Shown in pieces: positions 7,892-17,050 of a stretch of DNA of 20,000 bases (its first letter is position 1; every line of letters starts with the position of its first letter). The stretch lies in IMG/VR virus record IMGVR_UViG_3300035701_000017; one strand, 5' to 3'. The position numbers were made by a program, and so were the translations under genes. Origin of the DNA: an uncultured virus (IMG/VR IMGVR_UViG_3300035701_000017) (taxonomy: Duplodnaviria > Heunggongvirae > Uroviricota > Caudoviricetes). Under the pieces are notes generated by a model, which searched no databases, had not been told where the DNA came from, and saw nothing but the letters and a program-made list of their open reading frames with translations.

Positions 7892-8395
7892 TTATTCCTG
7901 CATTTTAATAATTTCATATAAATCTTTTATTGTCAAAGAAATTTCTTCACCATCTGCTAAAACTGTAAGTAACTCATTACCATCAATAGAATAATCTCTG
8001 TCAGGGTTTACGTCCCTTAATTTGACTCTTAATTTATGAAGAAGTCTTTTAATTTGATCCGGATATTCTTCATTTATTAATGTAAGCTTCGAGACAATAT
8101 CAAATTCTTCAGGCCATGATGTAATTGTGCTCGTTGCAGTTTCTTTTATTTTCCAGACAATTTTATGAAGGCCTATTGATTCATCAACTGAAATTTGCCA
8201 TGGTGCAAAATAGCTGCCAACAGCAAATTTAATAGGTAATCTATCAGTACCACCAATTAACACCGGTGATCCAGAAGTCACATCAAAAAGATCAAATGTC
8301 AAGTTATATGGATCTTTTAAATGACCTGATCTATCGTAAATAAATACGTTTAGATTGTCTTTTGTAGTAGTATCGCCACGTCTTAATGCATTCAT
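7892..8395 (-). CDS. N-terminal half of the fractured gene: Ig-like domain + start of adaptor helix (135-aa extein) + IntN (32 aa)
   Basis: AAAGGA RBS. LLHKLRVKLRD resembles the first helix of head-tail adaptors, and is followed by Y|SIDGNELLTV...LTIKDLYE. Confidence 0.82.
   Translation of the reverse strand: MNALRRGDTTTKDNLNVFIYDRSGHLKDPYNLTFDLFDVTSGSPVLIGGTDRLPIKFAVGSYFAPWQISVDESIGLHKIVWKIKETATSTITSWPEEFDIVSKLTLINEEYPDQIKRLLHKLRVKLRDVNPDRDYSIDGNELLTVLADGEEISLTIKDLYEIIKMQE
7895..7990 (-). mobile_element. N-terminal fragment (IntN, 32 aa, Ser1) of an atypically split intein
   Basis: SIDGNELLTVLADGEEISLTIKDLYEIIKMQE* fits intein block A (S/C-h-x-G-D/N-x-x-h-x-h) plus the following I.DL motif, then stops. 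Confidence 0.82.
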
Positions 8396-8410
8396 TTTAA
8401 TGTCCTTTTA

Positions 8411-8944
8411 TTAACAAAATGGATAATTGCATGTTCCACTTTGTCGTCTAAAATTTACAGAGCTTGATCCACACGTTATGCCATGTTGATAATATGGTGC
8501 GTAAGCATATTGCCAACAAGCGTTTTTATAACCATAATCAGGCATGTTGCCTGTTCCAGATTGTCTTTTGCTATTGTCAAAGCCTGTTGGTCCATGTGAT
8601 GCCTTACATGCTTCAACTGGTTGTTTATACACAGAAAATTCATCAGCTTTAGATATTAATTGACTAAATTGTGTTTCTTGAATTTCCCATACTATTCTAA
8701 ATGTTCCTGCTTTCAATGTGTCAATCTTTGACATCCATGCAAAGTTAGCATAATATTCACCAACACTAAACCTTGATGCCTGTTGACCACTTTGTACAAC
8801 TTGTCCGCAAACACCATAAATAGTATATGTTACTGAATAAGGGTCAAACAATTGACCATTTACATAAGTATAAATAGGAATCAATTTAGTTGCTGCTAAA
8901 GCATCTAAATCATATCCTTTAATTTGAGATCCATTAAAATCCAT
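8411..8944 (-). CDS. Hypothetical virion protein, Ig-like paralog with Cys/Gly/Tyr-rich tail
   Basis: DPYSVTYTIY...VGEYYANF...GTFRIVWEI...DEFSV pattern shared with neighbouring ORFs. Confidence 0.65.
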   Translation of the reverse strand: MDFNGSQIKGYDLDALAATKLIPIYTYVNGQLFDPYSVTYTIYGVCGQVVQSGQQASRFSVGEYYANFAWMSKIDTLKAGTFRIVWEIQETQFSQLISKADEFSVYKQPVEACKASHGPTGFDNSKRQSGTGNMPDYGYKNACWQYAYAPYYQHGITCGSSSVNFRRQSGTCNYPFC

Positions 8945-9311
8945 AAGGCACTCTATATATTAGTTGTTCAAGTGAAACGATTTCACCAATAGTATAATTC
9001 ACTTCTGCTAATTCAATATCTCCTCCACCATTTGGTATTGTTACAGTCCCTGAAATTTTAACTACACCAACATTGTCTTTAATAACAAATTTCTTTATTT
9101 CATTTGCATAAATTGCAATTGTTTGTTTTGGAAATCCATTAGCAACAGCTTCACCATCAATAGCATTAGCAAAAGCATCATTGTCTAAAGATAATATTGC
9201 AATATCTATATCTGCTGCATTTCTAAAAACTAATGTAGCACCGCTGTCTAATAAATTACAAACTGTATCAGTAATTAAATTTCTAGTTAATAAGTCATGT
9301 GCTACTGACAT
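8934..9311 (-). CDS. Hypothetical small beta-rich phage structural protein
   Basis: 125 aa with AAGGAG RBS. SGTVTIPNGGGDIEL...GEIVSL pattern is reminiscent of phage tail-region proteins. Confidence 0.6.
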   Translation of the reverse strand: MSVAHDLLTRNLITDTVCNLLDSGATLVFRNAADIDIAILSLDNDAFANAIDGEAVANGFPKQTIAIYANEIKKFVIKDNVGVVKISGTVTIPNGGGDIELAEVNYTIGEIVSLEQLIYRVPYGF

Positions 9312-9319
9312 ATCTCTCC

Positions 9320-9691
9320 TTACATTATTATTTTTTCTCTAGCATAGGTTGATCTGCAAAATTCACCAGCATATTTAGTTGGCATAATAACATCAAAAGA
9401 TTCAGATACCATCTGTAATTCTGTATCTTGAAATTTTTTATAAGACCATTGAATTATATGTCTGCCTGGTCTAAAAACTTTTGGATCTAAATGAATAGGT
9501 ACAAAATAAGAACCGTTATCAAATTTCATTGGAAGACTATTTATCGTTTGTCTAATAATTTCTTGTCTACCATGAGTACAATCAAACATAGTGTATGAAA
9601 CATAATATGGATCAATTGGCATAACACCGTCACTATTGTAAAAGAAAACTTTTAAATCTTCTTTAGTTAATAATTTGCCTAAATAGATCAT
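9320..9691 (-). CDS. Hypothetical virion protein, Ig-like paralog
   Basis: DPYYVSYTMFD...GSYFVP...GRHIIQW...ESFDV, clearly similar to the N-terminus of 7892..8395. Confidence 0.68.
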   Translation of the reverse strand: MIYLGKLLTKEDLKVFFYNSDGVMPIDPYYVSYTMFDCTHGRQEIIRQTINSLPMKFDNGSYFVPIHLDPKVFRPGRHIIQWSYKKFQDTELQMVSESFDVIMPTKYAGEFCRSTYAREKIIM

Positions 9692-9693
9692 TA

Positions 9694-10038
9694 TTAATCC
9701 TTAACAAACTTAACAACCATATCTGAATAAATTGACGCTGGCACAACCATATAAGAATCTTCAATTTCACAAATTGTTGTATCAACAGGATGAGTTCCTG
9801 TAGCTGTTACATAATAAGTTTCATTTTCTGGAACTGTATCTGGAATTGTCCAATTTGACGTATATTCGCCTGTAGATATATGAACTAATGGAGTAGATAC
9901 AACGTCTACTGTCTTGACATTATTTACAAAATGGCAAATAGTATATGACGCATTTAATACGTCTATAGGCTCTTCTGTATTTACGTCAATGAAAATAAAT
10001 CTAGAATCAGCAATATCTCCTCGTCTAAATTGTCTCAT
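9694..10038 (-). CDS. Hypothetical virion protein, Ig-like paralog
   Basis: MRQFRRGD...SYTI...TGEYTSNWTIP...EDSYMV; shares the RRGD start with 7892..8395. AAAGGA RBS. Confidence 0.65.
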   Translation of the reverse strand: MRQFRRGDIADSRFIFIDVNTEEPIDVLNASYTICHFVNNVKTVDVVSTPLVHISTGEYTSNWTIPDTVPENETYYVTATGTHPVDTTICEIEDSYMVVPASIYSDMVVKFVKD

Positions 10039-10119
10039 AATTGAAATCCTTTTTATAGTAACATTTAACGGACTATCTCAATTATTACAATTTTATTAAA
10101 TAAGAATTCAGTATGATGA

Positions 10120-13100
10120 CTATTTAAAAGCTTTAATCTCTATTGATGGCGTGTCCCAGCCGTCATAATTAGTAATAGAAGTTATTTTAAAACCAACATT
10201 TTCTAGTAATGCTCTTATCTCTTGTTTTGAATATCCTGATTTATGAACTTGAGCTTCATCTAATTCACCTGACAAACTCATTTGTCTTCCAAAAATAGTA
10301 TATCTGAACCATTCTCTGGCACTTTGAAATGACACGCCTCTTTTTAAAATATGTTCAGGCGGATTAAGATAAGATTCACAACATGATTGTAAATCTGGTA
10401 TTTTTAATATTAATTCACATCCATCTTTTAATACTCGATACCACTCTTTTACTGCTCTTTCAGCTGCTTTAAATGTTAAATGTTCTAAAGCGTGTTCACT
10501 ATATAAACCGTCTATTGATGCATCACCGTATGGTATATTATCCATTGAAAATATCTCATCAACATTTTCATGTTTAAAAATATCAACTCCGACATATCCT
10601 TCAATTTTCTTTCCACCACAGCCTAAATTCAATTTCTTAATCTTGTTTTGACCTTTAAATTCAATTATCCAATTTTCAGCTATTTTATCCCATGTATAAT
10701 TAACAACTTTATTATATGCTTTATCTGCCCATTCTTTTCTATATTTATCATCAGTTAATACTTTTATTGATTCTTCTATAAACTTTTTCTGGTATTCTTC
10801 AGATCTTGAATTTCCATTAATTAATATTGCTGCATTGTATAATGTTGTTTTTAATCCAGCTAAATTAGACGTAACAAGGGCACATTTTGAAACACCTGCA
10901 TCAACTGCAGTAATGCAAAATGTTTCCCAAAACCATGTTGGATATAGCCATGCTTTACATTCCATTTGTTGTTTTGCTAATTCTTCTTTTGACAGTCTAC
11001 CGACATAATTTATTCCTGGCTGTTTCATCAATTCTTTTATTTCATTTAAATGATCAACTTCAGTTTTTTGATTACCTCTAACTTTTATAGCTTGTTCCCA
11101 GTTATACAATCCATAAGCTATTATTAATTCTAAATCAGGAACATTTTTCCTTAATATAGGAAATATTTTCAACAATTCTAATAATCCCCTGTCCAAGCTT
11201 GAACTATAAAATATCTTATTTTTCTTTTTAACATTGTCAACATTACTATATATTGATAAGTCTTTGCCATTAGCTGTTAGCATTATCTTATCTGCGGGTA
11301 TATTATGATGACTCATTACAAATTCTTTATGCCAATCACTCAAAACAGCAAATTTCTTAATTTGCCATTGTTTTGTATCATATTTTGAATCAAACGACAA
11401 CCATACGTCATGAATCATTACATATTTATTCATACAATGAACATTATTACTAAATACATCACATGATCTTGACGAAATGAAATAATCTACATAATCATAC
11501 TGTAAATCTTCATTCAATTTAGAATAATGTCTGTATCTTTCACCATCTTCTTCTATTACCCACTCATTCACATTATTTGTATCAAGATCAATATAAACTG
11601 TAACTAAATAGTTCTTCTTACTAAAAGCTCTAGCTAATTCCATTGCCCACGTCTCAGATCCTGCCATTCCTTGCAAAACTTTTTTCTTATTCCATCTTTC
11701 AAATGCAGGTCCAGTATATATTACAATCTTCTCTTTAGCATACTTTTGTTTTAAATACTGATGATTATAAACGTCTTCTTCGCGATATTGGTTATTGTTT
11801 TCAATTTCATACGAGCCGCGCGACACGCCGCCAAAATGAAATACAAACGAGTCAATAGCTTGCCCAATCTCATACTTATGTTTTCTTAATCTTATACATA
11901 AGTCTAAATCTTCACAACCAGTCTTAAAATTTGGATCAAACAAGCCCACTTCATTAATTGCTGATCTTGCAAATATTGTGGCATAAACAGCAACCCACTC
12001 TTGACTTACATATTTATCTTTATATTTATTGTTACACGTTTGCATAAAATCATACAATTCATTCACGTAAACTTGATTAATTTTCATGCCTGGTACTAAC
12101 TCAACACCTGATGGTAATTTCATGTCATATATTGGTCTACCTTTAACACCATGCATCCAACCTCTATCACAGTTTGATAATACCCCACAAGCAGCAAGTC
12201 TCGATACTGATTCTATTTTATTAACTAAATTTGTGAGCCAGCCTTTAGATACAATGACATCAGAATTCAAAATAACAAAATATTTTGAAAATGATCTTAA
12301 TATGCCTTCATTACATGTTTGAGAATAATTTAATCGTTTGTCTTGCTGACCAATAATTGATACACCTTTAAGTGCATTCAAATAATCCCAAGTTTCTTTA
12401 TTACTTCCTGCGTCTGATATAATTATTCTATAAGCACTATTAGTGTTGTCTCTAATTGAATTAATACATAATTTTAAATATTCAACATTATTGTAACTTG
12501 CTATAATGATGTCAACAGCTTCATCTGTTTTCTGTACTTCTATCTTGTCTAATGTTAAGTCAAACAATAGTTGAACCCATTGACTTGTTATAGGTTCTAA
12601 CATATAATTAGAAATAGATTTCTTTGCATTTTCTCCAATAGATTTTCGTTTATTTGCATCTTTTAATTCAATTAATGCGCTTAACCATTCATTTTCAGTA
12701 GTACATAAATATCCGTTTTTGCCATGTTGAATTACTTCTTCATACGCTTTAAGAGGGCTTGCAATTACAGGCAGTCCAAGAGCCATTGCTGTTGTAACTT
12801 TAACGTTTGACTTTGCAGGTTGAACATCTCGACAGGGACATAAAACAACATCACACTTGTTTAATTCTTCATGCCATGTATCAATATTCCACTTAATAGT
12901 AGCATTATCCCATTCACTAATTATTATTAACTCATATCCTGCTGACTCAATAATTGATTTCATATTTAGAGCCAACTCTGCATTACCGCCCATACCCATA
13001 TATACAGCTTTTAATTTGTCACGACTCTCATATAGATGACTAACACTTTTTGGTTCTATTGCGTCTTTTATTATTACCGTATTATTGTAACCCTTTTCAT

Positions 13101-14538
13101 TTGTCATTTGTGCTAATTTAGTTGAGCAACATATTATTTTGTCAAATCTTGTACAACAACCCGTTTGATATAAACCGTCAAATAGTGCTTCACAAAAATC
13201 AAAAATAATTTTAACTTGTTTTTCTTTTAACCGTTTAATTAATCTAAAATCACATTCTCCGTATTGTGTAAAAATAACAACTTGACATTCTTGTAATTTA
13301 TTCATTACGTCATCTATGGGTAAACTATAATAATCTGTAATTATTATTGAATCTACACCCAAATATAATAGTCTGTTATGTATGTTATAGCGTCTAATTC
13401 TAGTTGAAGGAAAATTGACATCAAAATGAGGTATTAACCATGCAATCTTTATTTTAACAGTATGAGTTAATAATAATCTATTGTCACTTAATAATGAATC
13501 ACTAAAAGGACGCGTTTTTAATGCAATTAAATTATACTTTAATGATTGAATATAATCTTTCTTGTGATGATAATACAAAAGTGATAGACAATTTGCAGGT
13601 TTCAATTCATAAAATTCTGGTAATTGGGAAAAACCAGCAGTACCAAATTTTTTAGTAATAGCTAATTTAAAATATTCTATTGCTAAATCAATTTCATTAA
13701 GTTTTTGACATGCATCTGCGTAATAGTAGTATAGTTCAGCATAACTGTTACAAAAAGATAGTCCTTGTAATGCAAAGTTTTTTGCAGTTTTAAAATCTTT
13801 TTTTTCTTCTAAATAATATTGTGACAATCTTTGACAAGCTGCTGCTAAATTATCAACAAAACCTTGACTACACTTAACATAATCTTCTAAAACAGTTACA
13901 CCTTCATCATAAAATCCAGCATCAAATAAATCTTTTCCAAAATAAAATTTAATTCTTGGCGTTGGATTTTCATTATAATGTTTGCGTAATATTGCTAGAT
14001 TTCTATCAGCAACATACGGTCTCATCCGATAATGATCAACAAAAGCATCATTTACATACTTAATTTTAGCAGATGCATCATACGATACTATTTCATGAAT
14101 TGGATCTTGCCATCTAAATCTTGAATCTTTGTTTTTAAATATCCTTTCTCGAGGATGAATATTATGCGGGTTGTCAAATTCATCATGATGATAAATATAA
14201 GGCAATTGAATAATGTCATAGTTATGTAACTCTTTTTTTAATTGTAACAATTTTTTATAACTATCTGGTTTAATTACATCATCAGCGTCTAGCCAAAAAA
14301 CATATTGACATGATGCTTGATCAAGATTAAAATTTCTAGCAGCTGAAAAATCACTTATCCATTTAAAAAATGATATTTTTGCATTAAATTTTTGTGCAAC
14401 TTTTTTGACTTCTTCATCTTCAAATGTTTGTGTAATTATGATTTCATCAAGCAAATCGCCTTTTAAGCTTTCGAGACATCTGTTTAATTCAAAAGCTTCA
14501 CCCTTAGTAACTATAATAGTTAAACTTAATGTTGTCAT
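10120..14538 (-). CDS. Multidomain glycosyltransferase: GT2 - TPR - GT-B(GT4-like) - GT2 - GT-B(GT4-like) - class I SAM methyltransferase
   Basis: GT2 motifs W..DFSAARN, WLDADD, IHE; TPR-like helices; KSNVKVTTAMALGLPVIASP; second GT2 VDIIIASYN...LNSD...EDLDLCIR; GSET...SSSLDRGL...ETFCITAVDA; LNLGCG...GVDI...SEHALEHL...WYRVLKDG.L...PD. AAGGAG RBS. Confidence 0.9.
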   Translation of the reverse strand: MTTLSLTIIVTKGEAFELNRCLESLKGDLLDEIIITQTFEDEEVKKVAQKFNAKISFFKWISDFSAARNFNLDQASCQYVFWLDADDVIKPDSYKKLLQLKKELHNYDIIQLPYIYHHDEFDNPHNIHPRERIFKNKDSRFRWQDPIHEIVSYDASAKIKYVNDAFVDHYRMRPYVADRNLAILRKHYNENPTPRIKFYFGKDLFDAGFYDEGVTVLEDYVKCSQGFVDNLAAACQRLSQYYLEEKKDFKTAKNFALQGLSFCNSYAELYYYYADACQKLNEIDLAIEYFKLAITKKFGTAGFSQLPEFYELKPANCLSLLYYHHKKDYIQSLKYNLIALKTRPFSDSLLSDNRLLLTHTVKIKIAWLIPHFDVNFPSTRIRRYNIHNRLLYLGVDSIIITDYYSLPIDDVMNKLQECQVVIFTQYGECDFRLIKRLKEKQVKIIFDFCEALFDGLYQTGCCTRFDKIICCSTKLAQMTNEKGYNNTVIIKDAIEPKSVSHLYESRDKLKAVYMGMGGNAELALNMKSIIESAGYELIIISEWDNATIKWNIDTWHEELNKCDVVLCPCRDVQPAKSNVKVTTAMALGLPVIASPLKAYEEVIQHGKNGYLCTTENEWLSALIELKDANKRKSIGENAKKSISNYMLEPITSQWVQLLFDLTLDKIEVQKTDEAVDIIIASYNNVEYLKLCINSIRDNTNSAYRIIISDAGSNKETWDYLNALKGVSIIGQQDKRLNYSQTCNEGILRSFSKYFVILNSDVIVSKGWLTNLVNKIESVSRLAACGVLSNCDRGWMHGVKGRPIYDMKLPSGVELVPGMKINQVYVNELYDFMQTCNNKYKDKYVSQEWVAVYATIFARSAINEVGLFDPNFKTGCEDLDLCIRLRKHKYEIGQAIDSFVFHFGGVSRGSYEIENNNQYREEDVYNHQYLKQKYAKEKIVIYTGPAFERWNKKKVLQGMAGSETWAMELARAFSKKNYLVTVYIDLDTNNVNEWVIEEDGERYRHYSKLNEDLQYDYVDYFISSRSCDVFSNNVHCMNKYVMIHDVWLSFDSKYDTKQWQIKKFAVLSDWHKEFVMSHHNIPADKIMLTANGKDLSIYSNVDNVKKKNKIFYSSSLDRGLLELLKIFPILRKNVPDLELIIAYGLYNWEQAIKVRGNQKTEVDHLNEIKELMKQPGINYVGRLSKEELAKQQMECKAWLYPTWFWETFCITAVDAGVSKCALVTSNLAGLKTTLYNAAILINGNSRSEEYQKKFIEESIKVLTDDKYRKEWADKAYNKVVNYTWDKIAENWIIEFKGQNKIKKLNLGCGGKKIEGYVGVDIFKHENVDEIFSMDNIPYGDASIDGLYSEHALEHLTFKAAERAVKEWYRVLKDGCELILKIPDLQSCCESYLNPPEHILKRGVSFQSAREWFRYTIFGRQMSLSGELDEAQVHKSGYSKQEIRALLENVGFKITSITNYDGWDTPSIEIKAFK

Positions 14539-14590
14539 GTTTACTCCTTTAAATACTTTTTATATAATCTAGAGTAAACATTTTACATAA

Positions 14591-17014
14591 TTAATCTAAT
14601 ACTCCTCTTAAATCAGGACAAACAACTCCCGTAGCTGCTGTAATAATTGCTCCTGTCCATGGACCCGTCCCTGTCAGAACTCCTGCAGACGTTGTTCTTA
14701 AAACTTGACCTTGCGCCATGTCTGTCCCAACCCCCCAAATTGTTGGTTGTGTTGTAGCCATAGCTGTCCTAATGCCTGCCCATAAATGAGTTCCCGCGTT
14801 TACAGCTGTACTAAAAGCACTTGTATTTCGTTTAACACCAGTACCATTCAATGCATCAACAGTGCTTGTTGATACAAGTTTAGTTAAATCTTGGTTAGCT
14901 TTATTAGGTGCAGACGTTGACGAAAAGAAACCAACTTCAGCTGTCTGAGATCCACTGCCAACTGTTGACACATGAAATTCAACATGTTTTGGAGTAATAG
15001 ATGATGTCGTCTTTCCTAAATAAACAAAATATGCTGTTCCACTTATTAATAAAAATCCAGCATTACTCGGTGCTAAATTAGACATTAATATTCTTTGACT
15101 CGTGTCCATTGTCGTAGGACTTAATCCTGTTGTACCTTGTTCTCCAGTATTACCTAAAATACCAGTCACACCTTGAGAACCAGCACCAGTATTTCCTTGT
15201 AAACCCTGTATACCTGTCAAACCTTGTAGACCAGTTATACCTATCAAACCTTGTAAACCAGTAATACCTTGAGAACCAACACTAGTTTCAAATATAGTAA
15301 TATTACTTAATTGAGCTGACGATGAAAAATCTAATAAAAATCTAACAAAATCTGTATATCTGACATAAACATCTGCATCATTAACATCAACACTTACAGC
15401 CGGTGATAAAGAATAATAATTAAATAAATTAACAAACGGTCTTTGCCAATATACGACTGCTGCTGAACTTGCAGCATAACTAGTATCAGATGAACCATTT
15501 GCATCTAATGAGAACATTAATGATGACGTAAACAAAAATTCAAATAATTTTAAACCATTAACATTATCATTATTTATAATGCCACATGATGCAAAATTAA
15601 CACCATAAGTGTTTCTTAATGAAATAGCTTTTGAGCCTCTTACTGCCCAATCAGTTTTTGATTCATATCCACTCGCTACAGAATAAGCTGTAGTATTAAT
15701 TGCAAAACTTTCTAAAAGGATCCAATCATTACTATCAAGTTTTGATGCAGTTAATGAACTATTATATGTAGTATTCGGATATGAAACATCATTAGCTGTT
15801 CCTAATATATTATCAGTATTCCATGCATTTGCAAATGCAATTTTTGAATAAGTTTTCTCATGAACATAATCAACTCTATCATTAAATTCACTTCTAGTTT
15901 TTCCATAATCATATCCAGCTTCATCAATAAATATGCCATGAATCTGTAATGTATTCCATTGATCAACTTTAGTTTGAAAATTAGCTAATGTTTGATTAGC
16001 TGACACATAACCAAAAATAATACATAATGGATTTAAAGCTTTTATTCTTGGTATTATTATTTGAGTGTTTGAATAATCACCGTGTGTTGGGTCTTGCAAT
16101 CCATTACCAAGAATAATAAGACCATATTTACTCATATCTTGCGCAACTTTTTCATTTGTCCATGCATTAGTAGCGCTATTAAAACTATTCAGCCATCCGT
16201 AATAAATCAATAAATCTTTAGGTCTATGATATAAAGCCTGATATAATTGTTGAGTATGCCACCCTAATTTTCCATGAATTGTTTCAAGATTACTTACACG
16301 ATTTGCATGATCTTGAAGGATTCCATTTGAACCAAGTATAGGAGTATGACCTGTCTCATATATTGGATTTTCAGTGTCATTATAAAGATCTTTTCTCATC
16401 TCTAATTCTTGCATTATATAAAAAGGACCTTTTATACCTGTATCTGCATCTGTAACTTCAGCGTTTGCATCTAAAAACGATGACACATCAGTCTCGTCAG
16501 TTATTGCTAAAGCGCCCGAAATAGTTTTTACTGGATCATGACTTATCAGTGTAGCACAGTCAATACTTATACTATCAACTCCTGCTAAAGTCGTTTGAGC
16601 ATCTACACTAGCTTGTTTTGTTTTTACTTCAGTGTCAACTTCTGTTAGCCAATCAATCCAAGGCTTTAAATAAGTAGATCTATTAGGTCTTATTCGTACA
16701 CTTTCAGTATACATAGTACTTAATGAGTCTTTTATTGTAATAGTGTACCCTTGATTTTCAATTAAAGCGTCAGCTGTAGATTGTAAATATGCTTTTCTAA
16801 TGATTTTTTCACTTGGAACTAAAGCTGTATCAACAGCATCTTTTTCAGATTGATTCATTTCTGATACAGTATCTCCGATTATTTTCCAATATTTAACTGG
16901 AACTCCTTGAACTAAACTCAAATCAGGATTTATTATCCAAAATTCAATTGAATAATCGGGAGTGTTGACAGAGTTCAAATATATCTTAGTTGTTCTATTT
17001 AATACATTAGACAT
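14591..17014 (-). CDS. Putative tail-associated protein with glycoside-hydrolase-like TIM-barrel (spherulin-4/GH114-like), short collagen stretch and C-terminal beta domain
   Basis: LLIYYGW...IFGYVS...IHGIFIDEAGYDYG resembles the GIF.DE catalytic motif of GH135/GH114-type barrels. About 18 G-X-Y triplets near 15120-15280. GGAGG RBS. Confidence 0.6.
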   Translation of the reverse strand: MSNVLNRTTKIYLNSVNTPDYSIEFWIINPDLSLVQGVPVKYWKIIGDTVSEMNQSEKDAVDTALVPSEKIIRKAYLQSTADALIENQGYTITIKDSLSTMYTESVRIRPNRSTYLKPWIDWLTEVDTEVKTKQASVDAQTTLAGVDSISIDCATLISHDPVKTISGALAITDETDVSSFLDANAEVTDADTGIKGPFYIMQELEMRKDLYNDTENPIYETGHTPILGSNGILQDHANRVSNLETIHGKLGWHTQQLYQALYHRPKDLLIYYGWLNSFNSATNAWTNEKVAQDMSKYGLIILGNGLQDPTHGDYSNTQIIIPRIKALNPLCIIFGYVSANQTLANFQTKVDQWNTLQIHGIFIDEAGYDYGKTRSEFNDRVDYVHEKTYSKIAFANAWNTDNILGTANDVSYPNTTYNSSLTASKLDSNDWILLESFAINTTAYSVASGYESKTDWAVRGSKAISLRNTYGVNFASCGIINNDNVNGLKLFEFLFTSSLMFSLDANGSSDTSYAASSAAVVYWQRPFVNLFNYYSLSPAVSVDVNDADVYVRYTDFVRFLLDFSSSAQLSNITIFETSVGSQGITGLQGLIGITGLQGLTGIQGLQGNTGAGSQGVTGILGNTGEQGTTGLSPTTMDTSQRILMSNLAPSNAGFLLISGTAYFVYLGKTTSSITPKHVEFHVSTVGSGSQTAEVGFFSSTSAPNKANQDLTKLVSTSTVDALNGTGVKRNTSAFSTAVNAGTHLWAGIRTAMATTQPTIWGVGTDMAQGQVLRTTSAGVLTGTGPWTGAIITAATGVVCPDLRGVLD

Positions 17015-17050
17015 TTAAATCCTCCATACAAACATAATTGCAAAAAACAT

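Noticed and set aside
6889..7894. Self-splicing group I/II intron rejoining the intein at RNA level
   Set aside because: The spacer is filled end to end by endonuclease-derived coding sequence, with no room for a ribozyme core. The downstream half has its own strong RBS and ATG.
10039..10119. Possible sigma70-like promoter (TTGAGA-18-TATAAA on the minus strand)
   Set aside because: Weak match in very AT-rich DNA, with no consistent motif shared by the other intergenic gaps.
909..13039. Short overlapping ORFs (909-1115, 2299-2514, 2613-2804, 5181-5438, 7255-7602, 8464-8652, 9914-10099, 12086-12322, 12857-13039)
   Set aside because: They are antisense or out-of-frame shadows of longer motif-bearing genes, with no recognisable motifs.
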